From Octopus sinensis (taxonomy: Eukaryota), in contig NC_043011.1 in the NCBI RefSeq assembly GCF_006345805.1, positions 21,774,464 through 21,838,463 of the forward strand: a stretch of DNA of 64,000 nucleotides. Direction: 5' to 3'. The number at the start of each line of letters is the position of its first letter. Position 1 is the first letter of the stretch. The notes beneath the pieces were generated by a model. That model saw nothing but the letters and a program-made list of their open reading frames with translations. It was not told the DNA's origin and searched no databases. The translations under genes and the position numbers were made by a program. Below are positions 51,705-64,000 of the stretch, piece by piece.

Positions 51705-52874
51705 ACACCTTGTATATGTGTTTGTGTGTGTGTACAATGGACTTTCACACAGTTACCAACAGCCAAAATTCACTCACAAGGTATTGATTGGTGCGTTGTG
51801 CTATATAAGAAGACACTTGTCCAAGGTGATGTACAGTGGGACTGAACCCAAAACCACATGTTTGCAAAGCAAGTGTTTCTTAGCCACACAGCTATGTCTG
51901 CATCTATAATACTTGTTTGAATATTTGTCCTGACTCTTTAGATTTCAAGCTCAAATCCTACTGAAGTCAACTTTGCCCTTAATCTTTCTGGGGAGTCAAT
52001 AGAATAAGTACCAATGCAGAATAATGGATTAGCAGAATTGTTTGAGCTTTAAACAAAATGCTTTGCAGTAATTTATTCTAATTGTTTATGTTCTGATTGC
52101 TGAGTGCCAATTTTAGAAATGCCTTTAGATAATTTATGCTAAAAATACTTGTTTTTTGCAGTTCAGTAAACATCAGTTATTATTATTATATTTACATTTG
52201 ATGAATTGAAATAAATGTGTCACGCAGATAACCCATTATCAGCATTATCATCATCATCATTGTTATTAAGGCAGCAAGCTGGCAGAAGCATTGGCATGCC
52301 ATGTAAAATGCATGACAGTATTTCATTTGTCTTCGTGTTCTGTGTACAAATGCTACAAGGTTCAACATTGCCTATCATCCTTTCAGGGTCGATAGATTAA
52401 GTACCAGTGAAGCACTGGGGGTCGATGTAATCGACTAATCCCTTCCCCCACAAATTTGAGGCCTTCCTCCCCTTAGACAACATATGTGAAACATATTGTA
52501 CAGCTTCCATGCAACTCTATCTAATTAATTCCAGGTTGATCAAGCTGTATGCATACCAGCAAATTTACTGATTACTGTTCTTGTATATCAAAACTATCAT
52601 TCTTACAGGGCTATAATGATGAATTTTGGTATTTGTAGCTGAGATGTAATATTGTAGAAACACATGTGTCCTACAATCCAATTACATCATTCATAGCACA
52701 TGTTTTCTAGAAGGAGAAAATTTTCCTGAGGCTATTTCCACAGCAAAAAGTCTTCCCACATTCAAATATTCATGAACAAGTTAAATATCACTGTATAACA
52801 TGCATATCTGTTCGTCTGTCTGTCTGCCTGACTATCTATCTATCTGTCTGTCTGTCTGTCTGTCTGTCTTTCTG

Positions 52875-52935
<61 letters not shown>

Positions 52936-52957
52936 ATATATATATATATATATATAT

Positions 52958-53150
52958 AAAGTTAATCCAAACAAGAATGCACAAAAAAACACAACAACGT
53001 GAGGACATAGAACAAATATAGTATTATTGGATGCTCAGGAAAGAAGGAGGGTTTAACGTTTCAAGCAGAGCTCTTCGTCGGAAACATAGGAGAAGGAAGA
53101 TCCAGAGAAGGGAAGACAGAGAGAAAAAAATCGCCAACAGTACACACGAG

Positions 53151-53152
<2 letters not shown>
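52958..53152 (-). mobile_element. Second copy of the (TA)n-embedded pLTR-like element (hammerhead-like motif at 53051-53085)
   Basis: Reverse complement of 24968-25172 with few substitutions, flanked by TA/TATC microsatellites. Confidence 0.55.
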
Positions 53153-53216
<64 letters not shown>

Positions 53217-54509
53217 AGAAAGAAATAGACTATCAGTGAATTTAGCAGTTTTTGTGATTTTTTTCATGGCTAAAATAAAAATTCCACCTTGTAATTTCAT
53301 TGGTAATTAACTCAGCTTAATATACCATTCTTACATTAATCATGAATTCAACTTAGTATTGTTTCCTCCAGGTAGAATCATTGGCTTTGTTGAACAAAAT
53401 GCTTAGCAACATTTCTTCCGGCTCTTTGCATTCTGGGTTCAAATTTCACTGAGGTCGACTTTGCCTTTCATCCTTGTGGGGCCGACAAAATAAGTACTGG
53501 TCAAGTACTGGAATTGATGTAATTGACTAGCCCCCTCTCCTGAAAATTGGTGCCTTGCACCAGAATTAGAAAGAATTATCTCTAATGTTAACCATTCTAT
53601 CATTTAATCAGTCAGGAGACTAGAATCTTGTTAAGTGACACAAGTTAGGTAAAGCAGTCTAGCAATACCTGTTACAGAGTTCAAACTTAGTACACTTGGT
53701 GGGATTACAAATTATATACCATAACCACTTAGCCAGCTTTTATCTGAAATTCATGTGTTTCTGTTTGTTTGTCTGCTTGTGTGTATGTGTGTGTGTATGT
53801 GTGTGTGTGTGCGTGCATGCATGAAATAATTACTTGTAAAATAAAGATTACTTCAGGTAGCTAAAATCTTGACCTTTAGAACTGATTATTCTTCTTGTGT
53901 ATAGGAGACAAAGGTGAATTATTTAATAATAAATTAAAACTGTTATCATGAAAAATTACCGTCCTTCAAAGTGAATGCAGTATATTGCAACCTTCAACTT
54001 TTAGAATCTATCCACTTCACAATTTACTGCTGAATATCAAGCTAACCCTTGATAGAAAGTAATAATGACTTCCTTCACGTAAAATCTTGCATATGCCATT
54101 TAACTGAAATTTAGTATTCGCTGATATTTAAAAATTTATTTAATTATTTGCTTTTGTTTTTCTCATTTATTTTATATCGCAGTTTGTAAGTCAGAATACC
54201 ATTGGTTAAAAATTTCCAACGGGTCACATAAAAATCTCCCAATACATACTGTAAAGTGGTTGGGTGTTAGGAAGGACATCCAGTTGCAGAAACCGAGCCA
54301 AAACAGACTGGAATCTGGTATGGTCCCTGGTCTTGCCAGTTTCTGTCAAGCCATCCTGCACGAAAAACAGCCATTAAATGTTGATGATGATGATGATACA
54401 CAGACACACACACACACACTCACACACACATTATTGGCAGGCTTCTGTACGGTTATTGTCTATCAAAATTTAATCCTAAAGTATTGGTCAGCCTAAAGCT
54501 ATGTCTTTA

Positions 54510-55400
54510 ACTCTCTTCTTTCTATACATCAATAACATGCCTACTTGCTACCACCACATCCAACAACACCCATTCTTATGTAGACGACACTCTCCATTCC
54601 TTCCTTACTTTCTCTGACCATGCATCACCCGCATGCAGCCTAGACACCTCATATCAAACTAATATTGATTCCATAAACGGAGTCCTCCAGACCATCCCGT
54701 AACAGGGTCATGCTAACCTTGTCTCTTTTAAAAACAAAAATGCTCAAACATTAACTCATATCAATAAAACTCCATTGCACCACACCCCCACTAAACATGA
54801 GCAACACTCAGCTAGAGCCCTTACAGTCACTTCAAATTATGAGTCTCACTATTACTGAGGGTCTGTCCTGGTGAAAGCACATCCTTGGCATAACTAGGTC
54901 TGCATTCCAAACACTGGCCCTTCTCTTCGGGACTAGAAATTATTTCAGCGTACAACAACTACTGACACTCTACCAGGCTCAAGAGATGCCCACAATGGAA
55001 TATTGCTCTTACGTCTGGGACAATGCTGCTGCTATGCACATAGACATCCAAGGCTGCATCCAGAGAAGGGCTGCTTGACTAACAGGAAATCAATCATTAA
55101 TGAACATGCTCCAGCTTCTGACCCACATGCATGTTGTCTCTTCTTTCTCTCTTTTCTATCACTACTATAATAGCCTCTGCTTCTCAGAGTGGCCTGGTCT
55201 TATACCTCCACTATACAGGGAGCCCAGACCCACTCATCTTTCCATCTCTTTTCATTCTTGGTGCATCCTCATACAAGCACTATTCCAAGTCCTTTCTCCT
55301 TAGAATCTTCTCTCTGCCTGTGTCTCTACTACAAATGTTGACTTGCAACAGTTTAAATGGAACATTAATAACATCAAGTTCACCAGTCTTGGAGGGTCAG
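54510..55400 (+). mobile_element. Decayed CR1/L2-group LINE 3' part
   Basis: Fragments HSYVDDT and LLTLYQAQEMPTMEYCSYVWD..IQRRAA. A similar 3'-end remnant lies on the minus strand near 1080-1330. Confidence 0.7.
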
Positions 55401-56717
55401 CAAAGGCTATGGACATTGCTCCATCTTCTTGATTCAACCAGTAAAAATAATTTTTTACAGAATTATGTAGTTAAATTTACATTGCTTCGGTGCTTTCATA
55501 ATTAGATCAAACTCTTCCATCTAAGTTATCTGCCACAGACAAACTTCCTATCCAAGATAAGATATGACTCATGTCTAATTCATGCTAAAGAAGGCAGGGT
55601 TAAGGAGTGGTTCTATAGAACCTTGTAGAAAAAGAGCATTGACAATATTGTCATCATTATCATCATTGTAACATTTAACATCTATTTTCCATGCTGGCAT
55701 GGGTTGGACAGTTTGAAAGGGTCTGGCAAGCTGCAGAGCTATGTCAAGTTCCAATGTTAGCTTTGGTATGATTTGCACAGCTGGATGCCCTTCCTACTAC
55801 TTTTCAATGTGTACTGGGTGCTTTTTTCATGCCACTGGCACATTGAGACCGCCATGCAACTTGCAAGACAGAAAAAGACAGGTAAACAAGCTCACTTGAC
55901 TAAGTGGAGGAAGTAACAGAGAGGGGTATGTAGCTTTATGCCAGGTGTTGAGAGGCTAAAGTATGATAGAGAGGGACATACAGGTGTCTTGTTATAGACA
56001 AGATACATGACTACACCACATTATATAAAGGTGGGTGTGAGCTGCTGAGAAGATAAAGATATGTGAGCAGCAATAAAGATTTTAATGAAATTTATTTATA
56101 TAGAAATGATACTCAGTTAAGTAGTTAGCAAATAAGAGACAATGCAGAGTTGAGAGAATATTTTAGTCTGTCTGAAGACATGATCACCTCTCTAGTGCTG
56201 GTGCTATGATAAAATACATCCAATACACTCTGTACAGTGGTGGGTGTTAGGAAAGACACGCAGCTTTTGTAACTATGTCAAAAAAGGGAAAGTTTTTTTT
56301 TAAGTGAGACACAGGCATCTGACCTGCTTAGAATAGCAGTAAGTCTGAATAAGAATTGACTTGGATCATGATGACCTCAACCTTTAAGCATGAAAAGCAG
56401 ATAAAAGATGTGGTGTTGGTGGTTATGATGATGATGAAATTGAGGATTTGAAAATGAATGGCATAAAAGATGAGGTTACATCAAATATAAAAATCAGTTT
56501 TATGCACACTAGTCTGTAACTTGGTTTAAATTACAGTATTATTTTTTTAATGTTTAAGTGGAGATGAGTAATGTCTAAGCATGTGCACACTTTCCCAGGC
56601 TGGTGTGGCTGAAGCAATTGAAACTCAAGTTTCAATTTCAATTTCAGCAGGGAAAAAGGAGTCCCCTACACAATCATTTGATTTGCTAGAAATAGCAACC
56701 AAGTCTCTCTAAAATTG

Positions 56718-57128
56718 TACAGGAGTGGCTGTGTGGTAAGTAGCTTGCTAACCAACCACATGGTTCCGGGATCAGTCCCACTGCGTGGCACCTTGGGCAA
56801 GTGTCTTCTACTATAGCCTCCGGCCGACCAATGCCTTGTGAGTGGATTTGGTAGACGGAAACTGAAAGAAGCCTGTCATATATATATGTATATATATATA
56901 TGTATGTGTGTGTGTGTTTGTGTGTCTATGTTTGTCTCCCTAGCATTGCTTGACAACCGATGCTGGTGTGTTTACGGCCCCGTCACTTAGTGGTTCGGCA
57001 AAAGAGACCGATAGAATAAGTACTGGGCTTACAAAGAATAAGTCCCGGGGTCGATTTGCTCGACTAAAGGCGGTGCTCCAGCATGGCCGCAGTCAAATGA
57101 CTGAAACAAGTAAAAGAGTAAAAGAGTA
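56718..57128 (+). mobile_element. SINE family 1 copy
   Basis: Near-identical to the other copies. Further diverged copies lie near 21700-22092 (-), 27030-27385 (-), 42737-42980 and 59336-59708 (-). Confidence 0.9.
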
Positions 57129-58184
57129 ACCATCTGAAGAAGAAAAAGGACACTTTGAATAATATAGTCCCACATTCTTTATGTCTGAATAATAAGAAGG
57201 GACCTCTATACAGTCATTTGATCAGCTAGAAATAGTAACCAAGTTTCTTGTAGCTATACATACTCTCTGTCTGAATAAGAGATGCCATTGGACACAACTG
57301 AAATACTTTAAAACATAGGTCTGTTTGATCAGGGCCAATCTGAGTCTGATTATTTGAATGTTTTCTCTCTGGTGTTTTAAAAAATTTTGAAGTTAAATTT
57401 TTTATTCACTGGCTCAAACATGCCACTCATTTTAACACCATCACTCAGTCCTCTTAAGTCTTTAGTAGAGCTTGCTCTATTGTAAGCATATAAACCAACC
57501 TCCTAGTCAGTGTTACCAGATCAATTTCATAAAAAGTTGCACAAAATATTTTGGCAGGCATTGCTATGTGATTAAGAAGTTTGCTTTGTACCTACATGGT
57601 TTGGGGTTCAGTCCCATTGAACAGTACCTTGGAAAAATGCCTTCTATTATAGCCCTAGGCCAATCAATGTCTTGTGAATGAATTTGGTAGATGGAAACTG
57701 TATGGAAGCCTGTTGTGTATGTGTGTGTTTGTGTTTGTCCTCCCACTTCTTGGCAATCAGTATTGCTTTGTTTTCATTCCTAGATAGTGTGTTTTTACAC
57801 CTTTTACCATAAAGAATTTTTCTCCGTGGTAACTGCAGTGAATTTGCCTTTAGAAGTTGAAATATGTCACAAACATATTTTAACTGCTCTAAAGTTCATT
57901 TATGCCAAAACACTGCTTGGTGCTGATATTACTGAAAACACAGACGTACACACACACACCCAAAAAGCACCCACTACACTCATGGAGTGGTTGGCGTTAG
58001 GAAGGGCATCCAGCCGTAGAAACATTGCCAGATCAAACTGGGCCTGGTGCAGCCTTCTGGCTTCCCAGACCCCAGTTGAACCGTCCAACCCATGCTAGCA
58101 TGGAAAGCGAACGCTAAACGATGATGATGATATATATATATATATATATATATACATACATACATAAATAAGTATATATATATT

Positions 58185-58218
<34 letters not shown>

Positions 58219-58818
58219 TTGAAATGTACAGTTCTATATATCCATTACAGCTGATCTTACCAACTGGTTTCACACTAGAGGTTCAACACTCTGATTTTGT
58301 AACCCTGTGCTCATCAACAGATTCACACACACACACACATACACACATGCCAGCTTTAATTAATTCCTCCTTAGTCGAAAGACACCTGTTGTTATGTCCT
58401 GTTATTTGTATTTGTGTAACATTCCCCATTTTTTTCAGTCCTTGTTTTCGTATACATTCGCTGCTTTCTTCCAAGGAATCTAATGCTCTTAAATTAGGTT
58501 TTCCTTGGGGCTGGCCAGATTAGAGCAATCTTGAGTATAACCAACCGAAATTGCGAAGATAATCTAGAACTCGACTGAGGAAAGAAAACTCCGAATGACC
58601 CATCCTTGTTTTCTTTGTATCGTCTATCTGGATGTTTTGTTGTCCCCTTTTTTTGTATCACCTAACTGTTTGGATGTTTTGCATTCTTGTCACATTTTGT
58701 ATTATATATATATATATGTATACATATATATACATATAAAATTTCAGGATTCAAGTGAATCAAGTACTTAAATAGTAAAGCACCAAGGTCAGGTTGGTGA
58801 TATTGCTACTGTGTAAAA

Positions 58819-59093
58819 CAGTGGTTCCCAAAGGGGGTGGTATTACCTTCCTGGGGGCAGTGGAAAGTTTCAAGGGGGCATTGAAGAAAAGTGGGGTGAT
58901 AACAGGGTAGTAATTCATGTAAAAACAACAAAATAATGGGTTCATTAGGTTAAGTTTTATTTGTGAAATACAGTTGCTTTGAATTTGCTTCAGAAAGAGG
59001 TCTCTGTTTGTGATGTTTAGTTGGGGTGGGGGCACTAGGAATGTGATCTGGGTGTCAAGGGAGTGGCAGCCCGAAAAAATTTGAGAACCACTG
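58819..59093. mobile_element. hAT MITE with an 8-bp TSD
   Basis: TIRs cagtggttcccaaa / tttgagaaccactg, with the TSD gtgtaaaa on both sides. Confidence 0.9.
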
Positions 59094-59963
59094 GTGTAAA
59101 ACAATATTTGAAGACAAATACGCACTTATCGAAGTAAACACGTATTTATACTCCAGTTGTGTGTATTATCACAAATGGCCAAAACTGAATATACAATGAA
59201 TCCTCAAGGACCCGTTGCCTGATGTAACACTTCTATTCATGAATAAAAAACGCATCAGAAACAACTGTAGTGAACCACAATCGATTTGTTGTTACCTAGT
59301 TTATCCTGTTCCACTCATTGTTTTCACTCATTGTATCTTGTTTTACTTATTAGACTGCAGCCATGCTGAGGCACCGGCTTGAATTTTTAGTCAAATGAAT
59401 TGACTCCAGTACTTATTTTTTAATCCCGGTACTTATCCTATTGGTCTCTTTAGCTGAACTGCTAAGTTATGGGGACATAAACACACCAACACCAGTTGTC
59501 AAGCAGTGATGGGGGGACAAACACAGACACAAAGACACACACATGTAGATATATATATACATATATATACAACGGGCTTCTGTCAGTTTGTGTCTATCAA
59601 ATCCAATGAGAAGGCTTCGGTCAGCCCAAGGCTATAGTAAAAGACACTTGCCTGAGATGCCACACAGTGGAACTGAACCTGGAACCATGTGGTTGAGAAA
59701 CAAGCTTATTTTATTTTTTACTGCCCACAACGGGCTACACACAGAGGGGACAAACAAGGACAGTCAAACGAATTAAGTTGATTATATCGACACCAGTGCA
59801 TAACTGGTACTTATTTAATTGAACCTGAAAGAATGAAATGCAAAGTTGACCTCAGTGGAATCTAAACTCAGAACGTTGTGGCAGACGAAATACAGCTAAG
59901 CATTTTGCTCGGCGTGCTAACATTTCTGCCAACTCGCCACCTTACCATACAGCCACTCCTGCA

Positions 59964-60000
<37 letters not shown>

Positions 60001-60023
<23 letters not shown>

Positions 60024-60462
60024 TATTTACATAGACATACACAACATACCAACATACACTCTCTTTCTCACACAACACACACACACACATTATGTCAGTA
60101 AGGGTTTGTGGATGTTGATATTCTGTATTTGATGCTGCTTGAGTGAAAAGAGGATGTTGTCATTCCCTGTTGACATTATGAATGGCTGTTCTTTGAATCC
60201 AAAGACCTCTGGAATAAAAAGAATGTCCCTTACTAAAAAAACAGGTGCGGGTTGGCAACATGAAGAGCATCAAGCCATAAAATCTTGCCTTGCATAACTC
60301 CACATCTAACCCATGCTAGCATGGAAAAAACATGTTAAATGAACATATGAAGACATACATATACACACACACGTGCACATATAGGCATACACACACATAC
60401 ATACATACAGACTCACATTCGCATACATACATTCATACATATATACAGACATACATACACAC

Positions 60463-60518
<56 letters not shown>

Positions 60519-60967
60519 CACACACACACACATATTTACATAGACATACACAACATACCAACATACACTCTCTTTCTCACACACACACACACACACATTA
60601 TGTCAGTAAGGGTTTGTGGATGTTGATATTCTGTATTTGATGCTGCTTGAGTGAAAAGAGGATGTTGTCATTCCCTGTTGACATTATGAATGGCTGTTCT
60701 TTGAATCCAAAGACCTCTGGAATAAAAAGAATGTCCCTTACTAAAAAAACAGGTGCGGGTTGGCAACATGAAGAGCATCAAGCCATAAAATCTTGCCTTG
60801 CATAACTCCACATCTAACCCATGCTAGCATGGAAAAAACATGTTAAATGAACATATGAAGACATACATATACACACACACGTGCACATATAGGCATACAC
60901 ACACATACATACATACAGACTCACATTCGCATACATACATTCATACATATATACAGACATACATACA

Positions 60968-61010
<43 letters not shown>

Positions 61011-61047
61011 CACACACACACACCACACACACACAACACACACACAC
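60001..61047. repeat. ~508-bp tandem duplication bounded by (CA)n
   Basis: tatgtcagtaagggtttgtgg occurs at 60091 and 60599. The non-microsatellite parts appear identical. Confidence 0.93.
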
Positions 61048-61599
61048 AAATTGGAACTAGCCTCCAAGCAATCCTAAAATTGCTCGGAAAGTCATTCTGA
61101 GTTACGTAATCCAAAGCTTCTTAAACTTCAAAATTGCAAAGCAGAAAGTAGCCTTATTTAAAATTAAAATGGAAAAAAAAAATAGTATGCTGTTGTAAAA
61201 GAGTAGCATAATTTACTACCTGTAGCCCAATATTTCACATGAGAGCCTGCTAGATCATATACACTGGATCACCTCCCTTGACAGTCACTGGATTAAAATT
61301 TGTCTCTTCATCTTGATGTTTATAGCAAGTTATTTGAGATATCATTGTTGTGGTTTTGATGTCTACCTTTTCCATATTGGCATGAGTTAGACAGAAAAAA
61401 AAATGAATCAAGAAAGCAGGAAATTTTATTAAATTATTAAATACATACATAGGAAGGCGCACTTCATCACAAAGTGATTCCACAAAGAATTTCTAGTTAT
61501 GAAATTCAATTTCAAAATGCGAAAATATCCTCTGCAGATTGACATCCTGGAAGGCTTCAAGCATTGCAGTCCTAGAAAAGCTGAAAGTCGAAAGACACC

Positions 61600-61800
61600 T
61601 GTTGTTGAGAATTGAGTTCACAAAGCTATCATATTTTGGACATACAAAGTCAGAGACATTTATGGACTGACAGCATCAAGGAATGGATAAGAAAGCAGAG
61701 CCTGGTTGAATGTATGTATACAGCACAACATAGAGGCAACTGGAGAGTCTTGGCAAGCCAGTCCCTAGACACAGGGAGGACACCTGGTTGTTGACTGATG
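61600..61800 (+). mobile_element. Old RTE-like LINE C-terminal remnant
   Basis: RHLWTDSIKEWI..CMYTAQHRGNWR resembles the RTE terminal W.D.IK.W...A.DR..WR motif. Confidence 0.55.
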
Positions 61801-62820
61801 CCGGAGGTACTGTAAAAAAAAAAAAAAGAATACTCTAATAACTTTCAAGATTTTTTGCTTAAAGACCTAAAGTATTCCTGAAGTTGTAGCAAATTGTATG
61901 TTCTATCTGATATGACAAAAAGCATTTACAATGTTAACATTAGAAAAATATATCATTACCCTCTTATGTCTAATTTTCTATGCTGGCATGGGTTTAAACA
62001 GGTCCAGTTTTGGGGCAGCATTTTATAGCTGGATGCCTTTCCTATTGCCAATCCTTTGGATTGTCTCTAATGATACACAGTGATACTGTGCACCGATTCT
62101 CAAAATCTCATATGGACAGTGGCTAGAATATACAAACAACTAAAATATATACCCCTACTGTATTTAGCATGTCATATAATTGACAAGCTATAAATTGTTT
62201 GGAAAACCAAATCAGTTATGCAAAACAGACAAAAACAAGAAAAAAAATGTAATATTCACACTGATAGGTAAATATCAAAACAATTTCATTCAGATATTTG
62301 TGGCTATTTTAGTTAATACACTACTGACATGTTTAGAGAACTACTTCCTTTATTTTCATTTAGGTTTATGATTTAATACTAGGTCAAATATTTCTGTCAA
62401 TTGTATAAAGGAATGAGAGAAGGATACACAATAAACCTAGATTGACTTATTTTAAAATTTAGTCTAAAAAAGAAGGTAGTAGTCACAACTCTTGTCCTCT
62501 TGTCTAGTGAGGTCAATGCAGCAGAGTTTTATATACACACACACACATACACAGATATATAATGGAGAAATTGTGCAAAATGTATAAATGGATGATGAGT
62601 AAAACACTACCTGTTGTTATCTGTAGATTTACTGCAGGAACTTTGTTGTGGCGGTTGGGGTAACAGTATTAGTAAAATAAGAGATGGTATGTGTAATAGA
62701 CATTATTGGGTACAACACATGATATATATATATATATATATATTATCAGTAAATCATAAATCCAATAGAGAAGTACATTCTAAGTAACCCCATAGACCAG
62801 TTATAACTATCTTTATCTAA

Positions 62821-63002
62821 TACATACATACATACATACATACATACATACATACATACATACATACATACATACATACATACATACATACATACATACA
62901 TACATACATACATACATACATACATACATACATACATACATACATACATACATACATACATACATACATACATACATACATACATACATACATACATACA
63001 TA
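62821..63002. repeat. (TACA)n microsatellite, representative of many TA, CA, TC, TATC and ATT tracts
   Basis: Direct reading. Other examples are (TC)n at 27962-28066, (ATT)n at 36192-36240 and (TA)n at 24807-24966. Confidence 0.98.
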
Positions 63003-63528
63003 GTGGCTGCCCCCTCGTTATCAAGTATGGCCATTGCACGAAGCTTAATCAATGTTGTTATCGTGCAATGCCTGTGCAAGAAGATTTTTTTTAAAGTGAG
63101 GAAAGGCTGTGCACTGAGTCAATCCCACTCACTAAGCAACAGCAACCATAATCTGAAAAGAAGAACAAGTCGCAGGTTTTATGTCGGAGTTATCCCAGTT
63201 ACCTGAGTTACCTTCTAGAAGGATGCCCTAACAAAGGCTAGGAGTCCTTCACTCCCAATGGTTTAACCGTGTGATCGGGTATTCAGTCCGATTATTTCTA
63301 TGTCCCTGCGCATGATACATCCTTAAGACATTTATTGGATGGCCATTGACTCTCAAGAGTTCCTCCGCCCTTTGACGGGTTTTGTTTTTCATCCCGCAGG
63401 GTGTCCAATAAACACCCTCCTCACCAAGCAAGCTTGGTGGGGTTGCCGGTTTAGTCGCTGACGACCGGACCATGCAACAGGTTGTACTGGGTTACATGTT
63501 ACCAGTAGCACTCGAAAGTGACATACAT

Positions 63529-63562
<34 letters not shown>

Positions 63563-63608
63563 CACACACACACATATACATACATACATACATACATACA
63601 TACATACA

Positions 63609-63640
<32 letters not shown>

Positions 63641-64000
63641 AAAGATGGAACTTTTTCAAATTTATGTTTGGAAAGAAAAGATTGAAAGTAACGGAGTTGA
63701 GAGGGTTGTAGTTTAGGGAGGATGTGATTAGCAAAATATTTGGTATGAGCTGCAGGGAGTGAGACATGGTAGGTGTGGCCTGAGAAGATGTGATTACATC
63801 ACATCATTTGTTTGATCAGAGTTGATCTGAGATCAGCTCTAATCTAAGCAGATTTATGATTGGAGCAGTCCAAACATGATCTATGATCATGTCTTATTTT
63901 CAGAACTACTGTATACAATATGTTCTATTTTTTAAGATGTTAAGGTGTGGTTTTGAGTGAAGAAGTTTGGCTGCAATTTCTAGCAGGTCAGGCATCCACA

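Overview
AT-rich, microsatellite-dense animal genomic DNA. The tRNA-derived SINE families and (GAT)n-tailed RTE LINEs suggest an octopus or other cephalopod, which is an inference. Two spliced genes lie head-to-head about 5 kb apart. On the minus strand are the first three coding exons of a TFIIF alpha (GTF2F1/RAP74) orthologue, which runs off the left edge. On the plus strand is a complete 7-exon, 301-aa G-patch gene (GPATCH4-like, 12707-36160). The rest is largely transposon-derived: SINEs, RTE LINEs with a PHD-type zinc finger inside the RT, and remnants of R4/Dong-like and CR1-like LINEs, solo-LTR-like repeats, Tc1/mariner, hAT and piggyBac-type MITEs, and Helitron-like elements. The most striking structure begins about 160 bp after the GPATCH4 stop codon. 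It is a 3.5-kb double foldback of Penelope-like elements with a C-terminal GIY-YIG endonuclease remnant, ~870-bp inverted arms and four minimal hammerhead-ribozyme motifs. Related microsatellite-embedded foldback or hammerhead-like elements recur across the window, some with a CCGACGA core variant. All calls come from manual reading. No database searches were run and repeat boundaries are approximate.
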